Under the pieces are notes generated by a model that saw only the letters and a program-made list of their open reading frames with translations, was not told where the DNA came from and did not search any database. Shown piece after piece: positions 18,254 to 27,750 of a DNA stretch of 64,000 bases. How positions within the stretch are numbered: position 1 is the stretch's first letter; each line of letters begins with the position of its first letter. Origin of the DNA: a virus (Duplodnaviria > Heunggongvirae > Uroviricota > Caudoviricetes); IMG/VR virus record IMGVR_UViG_3300033156_001223, positions 41,842 to 105,841 of that record; one strand, 5' to 3'. The position numbers were made by a program, and so were the translations under genes.

Positions 18254-19663
18254 CTAGCTATAATGTCTATGCCACAAGAGAGCCAAATATATTTCAGTCA
18301 GCTCTTTATTCAATAAATTAACATCTCCAGATATCTTCAAAAGATCATTGATATCATCCTCAACTAGTAATCTTAAAACTGTTTGTGATGGACTATATTC
18401 CTTCAAATATTTTTTCACTCCATTTTGGTATGCTCCATACAAAGCGGCGATTTTTCTAAGCTTTTCTGAATTTATTTCTTGCCAATTGTCGTTATTTGCT
18501 ACTTTCTCAATTCCCAAAATCCTTGCTAACAAATATGGCTCAAGAATTGATCTCGAGAATAAATAATCCTGTAACTCACTTGCAATTTTTTCGGATACTT
18601 GTTCTGGTATTTCTAGAACTTTATCTATTGACATTGGTCTGAAAGTCATTTTTGCTTGAGAAAATATACCAGCTATTTTTGGATTTTCTTTAGCAAGCAC
18701 AAGAGTCTGAAATTCTTGGGGCTTTAAAATTATACCTAGATTAGTAAGAGTACCAAGTACCACTTCGATTGGATAACTAGCTAATTTTATTAACAATTCT
18801 GTTGGAATATCTGGCTCCTGCTTAACTATCTTATCAATTACTGACGCTAGTTTTAACAACTTGCTATGAGTAGTAGACCGATTAGTAGAACGAAGAGCTA
18901 TTTCCCCAAGCTCACTACTAGATAACTTCTTGTTGGCAATCTTTCGTAAAATTCCAGACTCTTCTGCCGCTGGTCTAAGAACAATTGACAAATCAAAAAA
19001 TACTGGCTTTTCATTAATAGCTCCAACATATCTTCCATCCTCCTCAATCGAACCCATCTTTTCCTTCAAATGCTCACAATAAAACAACCTAGATTTAGCT
19101 CTATTTCCACAAATTGAACAAACGTCTCCTTCTGGAATCTTAGCTCCCATAGAAACTTCTGCAGTTTTTCCTTGATCGATGGCCTCAATCAGTCCAGGGG
19201 GAGCTTTCTTAACATCAATTCTTGCAATTACCTCAACCCTCTTCATCTTATCATTCCAAGCTGCCTTCACTATATCTCCTATAGATAGGTTTGGATCCTT
19301 ATTAAGATGATGTTGAAAAACTTTGGCATTTTCAAAGGTTTTATAGCCCCACCAAGCATTCTTTTCCGGTGGGTTAAGAGCTTTTTCCGGCCAAATATCT
19401 CCTTTGTTGTTAGGACCCCAATATTCTGACGCTCCGAGTGGGGCTACTAAGATATATCGATATCGTGGATCTGGCTTAATTTTTTTCATATATTCCACAA
19501 GCTCCGGAGCAATTACTCCTTTCTGGATCTCAGCAGCTAATTTTTCAAGAGAAATTACCTGTGGAATAAAATGAGTAGATGATCTCCCCCTATACCACCT
19601 ACCAGTAGGCTTTGGGGTTAGCTCAAATCCAGTACTATTAGATTCTATTACTTTGTATAACAT
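18254..19663 (-). CDS. virion morphogenesis protein (portal or prohead-protease candidate)
   Basis: 469 aa; position upstream of scaffold and capsid genes; contains CSICGN...YCEHL. Family not identified. Confidence 0.3.
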   Translation of the reverse strand: MLYKVIESNSTGFELTPKPTGRWYRGRSSTHFIPQVISLEKLAAEIQKGVIAPELVEYMKKIKPDPRYRYILVAPLGASEYWGPNNKGDIWPEKALNPPEKNAWWGYKTFENAKVFQHHLNKDPNLSIGDIVKAAWNDKMKRVEVIARIDVKKAPPGLIEAIDQGKTAEVSMGAKIPEGDVCSICGNRAKSRLFYCEHLKEKMGSIEEDGRYVGAINEKPVFFDLSIVLRPAAEESGILRKIANKKLSSSELGEIALRSTNRSTTHSKLLKLASVIDKIVKQEPDIPTELLIKLASYPIEVVLGTLTNLGIILKPQEFQTLVLAKENPKIAGIFSQAKMTFRPMSIDKVLEIPEQVSEKIASELQDYLFSRSILEPYLLARILGIEKVANNDNWQEINSEKLRKIAALYGAYQNGVKKYLKEYSPSQTVLRLLVEDDINDLLKISGDVNLLNKELTEIYLALLWHRHYS

Positions 19664-19685
19664 TCTTACCTTTCAACATTTAGTT

Positions 19686-19901
19686 TTATAAACCTTGTTG
19701 TTCTAACTTCTTAAGTTTCTCATTTAGTTTACCCCACTGACGCAACTTTCGTTTCGCAAGTTTTTCATACGTGCGTCTTTCCCAAGCTGGTACCTCATTC
19801 GCTTTTCTTTGAAGAGCCCAAAATTCACGATCGAGTTTTTGCGCCTTTAGCTTGAGAAGTCGTCTTAGCAACTTTGGGTTAATATTTGTATATCTTCCCA
19901 T
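19686..19901 (-). CDS. small basic protein (71 aa)
   Basis: Arg/Lys-rich ORF. Confidence 0.4.
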   Translation of the reverse strand: MGRYTNINPKLLRRLLKLKAQKLDREFWALQRKANEVPAWERRTYEKLAKRKLRQWGKLNEKLKKLEQQGL

Positions 19902-20018
19902 AGGTCACCCCCTAAATAATTAGTATAAATTTGTTCGATTGTTTTCTCCGGTACTTGCTCAGATAGATTCTATTACTTTGTACAACATCGAATTTTCCCT
20001 CTAAATAAACTCTTTGCT

Positions 20019-20615
20019 TCATTTGTTTCGTTTCTTGAATAAATCTTTAAGTACAATTGCTCCCAATAGGGGAAGAAGAATATATCTCTCAATTGGGCGA
20101 ACTACTCGACGGCGCCTTTGCACTTCTTCAAAGACTCCCAATGGCACTCTAATTCCAAAATCTTTGGTTAACTTCTCTAGATGTCTTCCATATAATTCGA
20201 GACCAAGAGCCCGAGGTTGTATTTCTTTCTTGGGGATTTGGTCTGCTAAACTAGCAAAATCCTTAGTCATTTTACGAGCCAATGCTTCTAATCCATATGA
20301 AGCCTTTATTGTCTTCTCCACCCTATTCGCAAACCCTCTTTTCATCCACTTAGTAGTACCTTTAAAAAGATCAAGATCTCGTTCAAAGGGGTATTTCCAA
20401 TATCTAACATTCGGATATTTAGCTCTGATATCTTTCAGAAATTTTCCATATGCTGTTACAAAATTTTCTGCTGCTTTTGAATACTCTTTGCTAAATTGCA
20501 CAAGGTCTTTACTTCTATAAGGGAGAGTAGCCCATAGATACATTCCAGCGTAACTCGCCGGTAAGCCTACCGTAGCAAGAGACCCAGCAACTGATATAGA
20601 CCTTCTCTTTTTCAT
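20019..20615 (-). CDS. hypothetical protein (198 aa)
   Basis: ORF in the minus-strand operon. Confidence 0.45.
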   Translation of the reverse strand: MKKRRSISVAGSLATVGLPASYAGMYLWATLPYRSKDLVQFSKEYSKAAENFVTAYGKFLKDIRAKYPNVRYWKYPFERDLDLFKGTTKWMKRGFANRVEKTIKASYGLEALARKMTKDFASLADQIPKKEIQPRALGLELYGRHLEKLTKDFGIRVPLGVFEEVQRRRRVVRPIERYILLPLLGAIVLKDLFKKRNK

Positions 20616-20633
20616 TGTCTGGACCTCAAATCA

Positions 20634-21158
20634 TTATCCTCCGCTAGCTCCGAAGTAGTCAGAATATAGTTGCTTTATTGTTTGTTCCGGAACCGCCCCA
20701 GAAACCGATTCAACGAAACTCTCAGCCATAAGCTGGCTGAAGGTCTTGGGTTTTTTCTCTGTTATCTTTATTGCTTCTAGAGGATTAATTCCTTCATATA
20801 CCCCACTAGTCAGAGTAGCTTCAATCCAAGGGCCCACTACTCCTGGATTCTTTGCTAGATCGGGGTAAAGTCTATAAATAGTAGCATACAAAAACTGCAC
20901 CTTCCCTTTGTTGAACTTCTTAAGATTCGGATACTGATTATATAATCTTCTTAAATTTCTCTTAAAAGACAGAGAAGATACTATACTTTCAATTCCTCTA
21001 ATAGCAGCAATAGTGCCTGTTAAAGCTATGGGGGGAAGAACATACTTTTTGAGACTCGCTAAGCCTCCTTCTTTAGTATTATCAAGAGAATCCAGAAGCT
21101 TTTTTAATTTCATTAAATCCCTAGTTCTAGACATGTTAATAACCTCCAGGAATAACAT
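20634..21158 (-). CDS. hypothetical protein (174 aa)
   Basis: ORF. Confidence 0.45.
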   Translation of the reverse strand: MLFLEVINMSRTRDLMKLKKLLDSLDNTKEGGLASLKKYVLPPIALTGTIAAIRGIESIVSSLSFKRNLRRLYNQYPNLKKFNKGKVQFLYATIYRLYPDLAKNPGVVGPWIEATLTSGVYEGINPLEAIKITEKKPKTFSQLMAESFVESVSGAVPEQTIKQLYSDYFGASGG

Positions 21159-21423
21159 AATCTACTTGCTGAGTTCTTGCCACGGATTGCTGCCTTTTCT
21201 TTTTCAGCTGTCTATATCCTGCATACATCCCACCACCAACCAATAAAGTAGTAATTGGTCGCTCAGCCAAAGATTGACCTACATTTTTCACTATATGTCC
21301 AGTTAATCGCAGTGGGAAAGTTAGAACTTTACCAAAATCAACCTTTTTACCAGCTTCTTCAATCCCTTTTAGTTTCCCCCACCATCTAGCTTCTTTAGTA
21401 AGACTATCACAAAATTCTTTCAT
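21136..21423 (-). CDS. hypothetical protein (95 aa)
   Basis: ORF. Confidence 0.35.
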   Translation of the reverse strand: MKEFCDSLTKEARWWGKLKGIEEAGKKVDFGKVLTFPLRLTGHIVKNVGQSLAERPITTLLVGGGMYAGYRQLKKKRQQSVARTQQVDYVIPGGY

Positions 21424-21427
21424 GTTA

Positions 21428-21712
21428 TTAGCCTCTTAAAAATGAAAATGGTAATGTAAATAATCCTATGGGCCCAGCATCAAAGCGATATGTTCCTTTT
21501 CTAGGACTTTCCAATTTTACTTGCCCAAATCTTGCAGCTTGTCTCCTCTGTATAACTTGCTTACCAGCAATAGGCCCTATGATAGTGGCCCCAGCTGCAG
21601 TTAGGGGCATCCAACCTTTTCTCAGTATTGGTTTGGCTATCTTGAATGCTCCCCGAGCCAAAGCTCCTAGGAAGGCCTCCTTTTCCATTTCGCTAACAAA
21701 CTCTTTCATCAT
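21428..21712 (-). CDS. hypothetical protein (94 aa)
   Basis: ORF. Confidence 0.35.
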   Translation of the reverse strand: MMKEFVSEMEKEAFLGALARGAFKIAKPILRKGWMPLTAAGATIIGPIAGKQVIQRRQAARFGQVKLESPRKGTYRFDAGPIGLFTLPFSFLRG

Positions 21713-22467
21713 TTGTTACTGTATTTATTAAGTTCCTGAGCCAGCTGGTATATTCTATCCCTAGGATTAAACAGCTTCCTTATTCCATGATCAGCAGTCT
21801 TCTCATATCTTTGTAAGATATCAATACACCATCCTACATCATCAAATAATAGTCTTATTTCTTCCGGAGTATATTTTCTGAAAGCAAGAGCTTGGTGGAT
21901 TTCGTCTCTTGCTTCCTTAATCAGCTTGGCAATTCTGTCTCGATATGCATATTTTTCCTGTTCTTCTAGCTCTCTCTTCTTCCTCTCCTCACAATACTGT
22001 CTAAACTCAGCAGTTTTGCTACTATACTCAACATCTTTCCCGGGAAGAGAATCGATCAACTCTTTTCCTATTTCGGCCAGTATTTCTTCTCTTCTAGTAG
22101 ACAAGTCAAATTGGATATTAGGAGTATCACTCGCCGCCTTCTCCATCGATGCTTGTTTGTCAGCAGCTCCTTTAGTCTTGGACAATTGTTCCTGCCTTTC
22201 CTTAGTAACCTTCTTTCCTTTGAGAGCAGAAATTATTTTCTTTGAATCTACCAATTCAAAACCATAAGTACGATCCTTTCCTCCTTTCAAATACAGCTTC
22301 CTCCATACTGCTTTATTGGTTAATTCACATACTCTCTGAATTTGCTGATCTGTAAGATTTAAATTAGCAATTACTTTTAAAACTCCCTCAGAAGGGGAAG
22401 AGACCTTGTCCTCAAGGAACAAGTCGGCAGCTTTGTTAGCCAACTCTTTAAGTTCTTCAAGAGTCAT
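21709..22467 (-). CDS. hypothetical protein (252 aa), charged and helical
   Basis: ORF with ATGA overlap to its neighbour. Confidence 0.45.
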   Translation of the reverse strand: MTLEELKELANKAADLFLEDKVSSPSEGVLKVIANLNLTDQQIQRVCELTNKAVWRKLYLKGGKDRTYGFELVDSKKIISALKGKKVTKERQEQLSKTKGAADKQASMEKAASDTPNIQFDLSTRREEILAEIGKELIDSLPGKDVEYSSKTAEFRQYCEERKKRELEEQEKYAYRDRIAKLIKEARDEIHQALAFRKYTPEEIRLLFDDVGWCIDILQRYEKTADHGIRKLFNPRDRIYQLAQELNKYSNK

Positions 22468-22802
22468 TAAGAAACTCTCCCGATTATTTGTACTCTTCCA
22501 GCTTGCAAGTTGTTTACTAGTAATTTTATTCCCTGTTTTCTATTCCTTGCTCCAGTTTTGATAATTCTTAACATAACATTTTTAGGGCCGCTGAAGATGG
22601 GACCTCCGCGATAAGTCCACCAAATAATTCTTCTGCTTCTGCGATCATAAGCTACACTGTTAGGGCTACCAGGGCGTTTCGCACTTAAAGCTACTAGATA
22701 TAACCCTCCAATAGTAGCTCCAGCACCAAGCCCGGCTCCAGCTAGGTAAGGTAATGCTTTTCTAAGCACGCTTTTCGCACGAGATAGAGAGAATCGTGGC
22801 AT
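22467..22802 (-). CDS. hypothetical protein with N-terminal hydrophobic segment (111 aa)
   Basis: ORF. Confidence 0.4.
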   Translation of the reverse strand: MPRFSLSRAKSVLRKALPYLAGAGLGAGATIGGLYLVALSAKRPGSPNSVAYDRRSRRIIWWTYRGGPIFSGPKNVMLRIIKTGARNRKQGIKLLVNNLQAGRVQIIGRVS

Positions 22803-23220
22803 TCTTCAACCTCCTACAAGTATCATATAGTACGCTACTCTGTTTAGCAAGATTAAGTAGGTTATGTCGAAGTCGAGCTAAGCTATTCAACCAGACTACC
22901 AAAGGATTTTCTATTAATGGATTACGGTTAAGAAATAGATAAATAATTGGAGTAAGACATCTGTAACACAAAATATTACCAGTAACAAAGCTAAAATATA
23001 ATCTTTCATATTTTCTTTTGCACAGAGGACAAACTGCTTCATTTCCTTCTACCATAATTTTAGTCTCTACTCCTTTAATGTTTATTGAGTACTCCCCATC
23101 CTCTGTATTTCTAAAGCTTATGGCCACTGATCTACCGGCTAACCACTCGAAAGGATTAGGCATTAAATCTCTCAGACCTCCCCAAATATTGTCCAAAAAC
23201 TTCAAAATCAATAGGTTCAC
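22762..23220 (-). CDS. hypothetical protein with CPLC...CYRC cysteine pairs (152 aa)
   Basis: ORF. Confidence 0.4.
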   Translation of the reverse strand: MNLLILKFLDNIWGGLRDLMPNPFEWLAGRSVAISFRNTEDGEYSINIKGVETKIMVEGNEAVCPLCKRKYERLYFSFVTGNILCYRCLTPIIYLFLNRNPLIENPLVVWLNSLARLRHNLLNLAKQSSVLYDTCRRLKNATILSISCEKRA

Positions 23221-23590
23221 TAGTATAGACTTTGAGAGCTATTATCAAATTGGAAATAATCCTTGCCATATTACAGAATAATTTTAACACTTCCTGGCGA
23301 GTATTATTCGATAGAGATTCCCAGGTCGAAAGCAGTTTGCCATATTTATTCCAATACTTCATATATAAATAAATACTAGTAGCAAGAGACTCTCCAAGAA
23401 AATTTATTAATGGATCATTAGAATCTCCTATCAATCTATATTTCCAGGTATTAATAACTGCTTGAGCTAAGTGAGGATCTTCGAGATGTAATCTATCCTC
23501 GAGACTATACTCATACTTTCCTCCATATCTCACCGAATCATTTAATCCAGTCCAAGCTCTACGCTTTCGTGACATCAATGACCTCCCCAT
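23156..23590 (-). CDS. hypothetical protein (144 aa)
   Basis: ORF. Confidence 0.4.
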   Translation of the reverse strand: MGRSLMSRKRRAWTGLNDSVRYGGKYEYSLEDRLHLEDPHLAQAVINTWKYRLIGDSNDPLINFLGESLATSIYLYMKYWNKYGKLLSTWESLSNNTRQEVLKLFCNMARIISNLIIALKVYTSEPIDFEVFGQYLGRSERFNA

Positions 23591-24347
23591 CTAAATCCTC
23601 TCTAGTAGGAAGTTCTTTCGGTTCATTAGTAGTAAGTTTAACTTGTGAGAGCAATTTCTCTAGCTCTCCCTTACCAATAGTGATAGACTGCTTGGCTTTA
23701 ACTGCCATGATGGCATTAGTAGCCCAAAGATTAGCAATCTTAGCATCTCCTAGACGTCCATATTTAACTACTTCGAGAAATTTAACATATGAAGTAGCTG
23801 CGATTGTATCGAGGATCTGTTTACTATCAAATTGGGCAGAAAGCCCATGATAGAACATAGCTATATCATCCTGCCCTATCATAGCAAGTAAATATTCCAT
23901 AGCAGGTAAATCTCTAGCTTGTAGCACTTCCAAATACTTCTGGCATTTTAATGGATTACAAAGGGTATCTTTATCTAAAAAGTAGTGCATGTAGAGGCTA
24001 CAGATGTCCGAATTATATAATCTTTCCGTAAGATACAGTATCCGGGAAGATGACTGTTCTGGATCAAATCGTGCAGACAAGATGGCCATATCAACTACTA
24101 TTCCGAGATCTTTTCTCATCTTAGATGCTTTTTTAAATTTTCTAGTTTCCCGCAGTAAGTCTCTTATTTTCAGAGATTTTACATACTTATCATCCTTTGC
24201 CTTTTCAACCCAATAGTCAATATGAGATCTTTGTAAAGGGGGAGGAAGAAAGTGGGAATCCAATTCTTCTAAAAGTTTATCTGTACTATTATGCTTTCTT
24301 AATATTCCAACTGCGAATCTGTAATATGGATAGATTTCTTCCACCAC
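23559..24347 (-). CDS. hypothetical protein (262 aa)
   Basis: ORF. Confidence 0.45.
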   Translation of the reverse strand: MVEEIYPYYRFAVGILRKHNSTDKLLEELDSHFLPPPLQRSHIDYWVEKAKDDKYVKSLKIRDLLRETRKFKKASKMRKDLGIVVDMAILSARFDPEQSSSRILYLTERLYNSDICSLYMHYFLDKDTLCNPLKCQKYLEVLQARDLPAMEYLLAMIGQDDIAMFYHGLSAQFDSKQILDTIAATSYVKFLEVVKYGRLGDAKIANLWATNAIMAVKAKQSITIGKGELEKLLSQVKLTTNEPKELPTREDLDGEVIDVTKA

Positions 24348-24383
24348 TAATAGATTTTAGTAGAAAAATAAGCATTTTGCGAG

Positions 24384-26087
24384 TTATTTCTGCTTCCAAC
24401 GCAAAACTTCGAGAGCGTGGGCTACTTTGTAAAGCCCTCGAATAGCGGTTTTGATGGAATTTTCAGGGAGACTTTTGACACCTAGACGATTTGCAAGCAA
24501 AAGACCTGCTAGTTTCTCGAGTGTATCATGAAACAATGGAAGAGCATTAGTCAAAGTATCTAAGGTCTCTGGGGTAACAAAATTCAAAGAAAAAAGAGTG
24601 TCCGGAGTCACATCCGGATATAGTTCGGCGGCTTCTTTGGATAAATCTATTCTTAAATCCTCACAAAGCTTCTCTAAAACATTCGAATTTTTAGGAAGAT
24701 TTCCAGGCTCAAAATAAGCTCTGCCAAGTTTTTGGGATATGAGTAGAGCTTTATCTGACTGGTTTGAATCTAATCCCACTGCCAATAGAATCGCTTTAGC
24801 TTCATCCTCCTCAAATCCTCTCTTAGGAATATGTGCTAACTTTCTGAAACTATAGGTATTGTTATCAGGGAAATATACTATGTATGGGAGTGCTTCATAG
24901 GCAGCAGCTGCTTTCTCTGCCTTGCTTCCATGGAAAGCTACCACTTCTCTTTCTTTAATTGGAATGAACTTCCAAGAAGATGGAATGAACAATCTACTAT
25001 TATGTATTACCGGTACTCTCAAAGTATCTTCTGTTACTAATTCCCACTCATCAGTAGCAGTCTTCACCAGTTTCCGGTTCAATCCATCTACTATAGTAAC
25101 CGGATAACTAGCTACTGCAGTTTTCGGAGAAACAAAAAAGAATACTCCATAACCTTTAGGTTCTGCATGATATTTCTCAATCTTGGGGGCACCAATGAAA
25201 TCTCCTGCTACTTTTTCTACAAAAGAGATTCCTTTAGGATGGATAACAATGCCAGTATTATAAATGTGATGGAAATCAGTTAATCTCGGAACAAATAAAC
25301 CTTTGATATTATCTCCTTGGTGTTCTATCTCATAAACCCCAAACTTGTCCGAGGCACTCGCTTCTTTTACAGGCAGAACTATCCTTCCACCTGGTCGTCT
25401 CTTTAAGACCTTAGGGCCATTATCGGCTACTTTAAGAATAGTAATCGAAAAAGGATTAAGCTTTACTGCATATGCCTTCCGATTTTTTATATACACACTA
25501 TCATAGTCCTCTTTAGCCGAAGCTATTTTAGACTCAATAGTAAAGAATCTTTTGATATCAGGATATGTAAGCAGACTGGGACAATCATAAGCGATATTCC
25601 TTAAAACTTTCTCTTTCAGTTCAGCTGGAACCTTCTCTGAAAGTTCTGCTAAGAAATCAGATGCTATTTTATACCCAGCAGTTGTTTGTCCTGGAGTGGT
25701 TTGGGCACTGAGATAGAAAGAACTAGAAAAAGGGAGAGAACTAATACCGAAAGTAGCATCAATAATATCAGCGCCAAACAAAGAAACTATTTCATCATCT
25801 ACAAGTGGCCACGGTTTACCATTTCTGATTATGATGTCAATGTCTTCCAAATTTCCTTCTTTAATTACTACAGGGAGAAAAATTTGTTCATTGGAAGATT
25901 GCCTAATAACAACTTTACCAAGAGCAGATCCCGTCTTTTCATCATACTTATCCAATTGTACTACCAAATCTCTTCCACGAAGAGATGGATACCTAGAATA
26001 CAAAAACTCCAAAATTTGAGTTGGCCACTCATCAGAAATAGGAGATAGCCTCATGGCCCCAGTCTTTATGAGAGATTGTGGTATCAT
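24384..26087 (-). CDS. large hypothetical virion/morphogenesis protein (567 aa)
   Basis: Long ORF at the head of the minus-strand operon; no motif recognised. Confidence 0.45.
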   Translation of the reverse strand: MIPQSLIKTGAMRLSPISDEWPTQILEFLYSRYPSLRGRDLVVQLDKYDEKTGSALGKVVIRQSSNEQIFLPVVIKEGNLEDIDIIIRNGKPWPLVDDEIVSLFGADIIDATFGISSLPFSSSFYLSAQTTPGQTTAGYKIASDFLAELSEKVPAELKEKVLRNIAYDCPSLLTYPDIKRFFTIESKIASAKEDYDSVYIKNRKAYAVKLNPFSITILKVADNGPKVLKRRPGGRIVLPVKEASASDKFGVYEIEHQGDNIKGLFVPRLTDFHHIYNTGIVIHPKGISFVEKVAGDFIGAPKIEKYHAEPKGYGVFFFVSPKTAVASYPVTIVDGLNRKLVKTATDEWELVTEDTLRVPVIHNSRLFIPSSWKFIPIKEREVVAFHGSKAEKAAAAYEALPYIVYFPDNNTYSFRKLAHIPKRGFEEDEAKAILLAVGLDSNQSDKALLISQKLGRAYFEPGNLPKNSNVLEKLCEDLRIDLSKEAAELYPDVTPDTLFSLNFVTPETLDTLTNALPLFHDTLEKLAGLLLANRLGVKSLPENSIKTAIRGLYKVAHALEVLRWKQK

Positions 26088-26467
26088 CTACGTTTTTTCC
26101 TCTTTCTCTGATAATATTTTCTCACTAATGGACGATACATGGAAGAGAATAGTTTTTCCCCATATCCCTTACCATAACCAATTATTCCTCCAGTAACCAA
26201 TCCATAAGGAACTGTCCGTTTAGCCCAATGCTTAAGATGATATCTTATTGCACGACCAGCCGGAGGTTTATTTAATTTAGATGGAGATTTAAGAAATTTC
26301 TGTATTGCAGTACCAATCAAGACTGCTTGGAGAAAGCCAGTAGTAGCTTTTCCAAGTGCCCAAGCCTGTCTTTCTATTTTCTGTTGTATATTACTACGAT
26401 TACGTCTTCTAGCGGCTTCTTTAATCAAAAGATTTAGAAGAATATCCTGTTTATTTATATAACTCAT
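26084..26467 (-). CDS. basic protein with Arg/Lys tail (127 aa)
   Basis: ORF; poly-basic C-terminus (QRKRKKRR). Confidence 0.4.
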   Translation of the reverse strand: MSYINKQDILLNLLIKEAARRRNRSNIQQKIERQAWALGKATTGFLQAVLIGTAIQKFLKSPSKLNKPPAGRAIRYHLKHWAKRTVPYGLVTGGIIGYGKGYGEKLFSSMYRPLVRKYYQRKRKKRR

Positions 26468-26508
26468 CTCTCGTATTGTAACATTGAGTAGTGATAAAAG
26501 GAACTATC

Positions 26509-26733
26509 CTACTCTTTTCTCTTTTTCTTTTTACGGGAGAATGGAGCAAATAGTAATACAAGTAACCATGCAAGAGCCGATTTTTTATTCCCAGTTCGGT
26601 AATAATGGTTTGCTAGAGCACTGAGTAATGTTCTATCTTCTGCGGAATATACATTAGTCAATTCGGAAAGCTCTGGAATTCTTCTTTTTTTAGCCATTAC
26701 GCCTACTTCTCCCCTTCCACAACAACAAGCCAA
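26509..26733 (-). CDS. small basic protein (74 aa)
   Basis: ORF. Confidence 0.3.
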   Translation of the reverse strand: MACCCGRGEVGVMAKKRRIPELSELTNVYSAEDRTLLSALANHYYRTGNKKSALAWLLVLLFAPFSRKKKKRKE

Positions 26734-26884
26734 GAACAGCTGCTAACGCTGGCATACTGGCATAACCTCCTCTGCTAATAATATATTTCATTCTTGCAGC
26801 TCTTCCTCCCATCTGAAAATATTTACCAAGCCTCCGATACAGCATATATTTAGGCCTTTTAGATTTAGGAAGTTGGAAAAGCAT
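26690..26884 (-). CDS. small basic protein (64 aa)
   Basis: ORF overlapping its neighbour. Confidence 0.3.
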   Translation of the reverse strand: MLFQLPKSKRPKYMLYRRLGKYFQMGGRAARMKYIISRGGYASMPALAAVLGLLLWKGRSRRNG

Positions 26885-26965
26885 CCTTTCATATTCTTCG
26901 GTGGGTAATTGAGCAATGCGTAAGGCTTTTAAGACCTTATGTTTCTTTTTTAGTCATTGTAATTT

Positions 26966-26991
26966 AAAAAGGGGGCCGAAGCCCCCTTTTT
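26966..26991. terminator. intrinsic terminator hairpin flanked by A/T runs on both sides (possibly bidirectional)
   Basis: AAAAAGGGGGC-CGAA-GCCCCCTTTTT. Confidence 0.6.
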
Positions 26992-27001
26992 ATGCACATG
27001 G

Positions 27002-27649
27002 TTAGTCTCTTTCGAAACGATATAATCCCTTGCCGCGAGCTTTACGACCTCTCCGAGCTCTGGCTTGGATGAACCGTCCTAATACAGTAGAGCCATATCC
27101 AGCACCGGCTCCCGCAGCACCTGCAGCAAGTGCCGCCAATATGGCTCTAGCAGATTTCGGCTTAGTTGATAATAGAAGTGGTATTGCAGCAGAATAAGGA
27201 GCTGCTGCTGCAGCACCTGTAATTGGAGAAGTCAGGGCGCGGCTAATTGGGTAAGTTTTCTTTCTCTTTTTCTTTGCAGCCTCTTTGATCAGATAATTAA
27301 CCAACAGATCCTCCACTTTATCCTCCGCCTCTTTTTCCTCTTCTTCTTCGGCAAGTAGTTTGATTAATGCATCAAGAACCTCATCTTCTTCCGCCTCTTT
27401 TTCCTCTTCTTCTTCGGCAAGTAGTTTGATTAATGCATCAAGAACCTCATCTTCTTCCGCCTCTTTTTCCTCTTCTTCTTTGGCGAGCAGTTTGATTAAT
27501 GCATCAAGAACCTCATCTTCTTCCGCCTCTTTTTCCTCTTCCCCAAAAAGTAGCTCTCCGATCAGCTCTTCAAGAGCTTCATCTTCTGCTTTTTTCTCTT
27601 CCTCTTCTCCAAGAAGTTCAAGAAGACCTAAAAGTTCCTCAGTCTTCAT
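27002..27649 (-). CDS. acidic repeat protein: 22-aa Glu/Lys-rich tandem repeats followed by an Ala/Gly-rich basic tail
   Basis: 215 aa; unit KEAEEDEVLDALIKLLAEEEEE repeated more than three times. Confidence 0.55.
   Translation of the reverse strand: MKTEELLGLLELLGEEEEKKAEDEALEELIGELLFGEEEKEAEEDEVLDALIKLLAKEEEEKEAEEDEVLDALIKLLAEEEEEKEAEEDEVLDALIKLLAEEEEEKEAEDKVEDLLVNYLIKEAAKKKRKKTYPISRALTSPITGAAAAAPYSAAIPLLLSTKPKSARAILAALAAGAAGAGAGYGSTVLGRFIQARARRGRKARGKGLYRFERD
27325..27545. repeat. tandem 66-bp in-frame coding repeat (about 3.3 copies) inside ORF 27002..27649
   Basis: CCGCCT phase markers at 27325, 27391, 27457 and 27523 (period 66 nt). Confidence 0.8.
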
Positions 27650-27750
27650 CTGGATTACCTCCTTATTTATTCTGATATGGGACTTTGCCCTTTTTATAGT
27701 AGGACGAGTAGTCCTACAACAATATTACTCATTTTATTTTCCATTGTCAA

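Noticed and set aside
27325-27545. Possible CRISPR array suggested by regular 66-bp repeats
   Set aside because: The repeats are contiguous with no unique spacers and lie in-frame inside a protein-coding ORF (22-aa acidic unit). This is a coding tandem repeat, not a CRISPR array.
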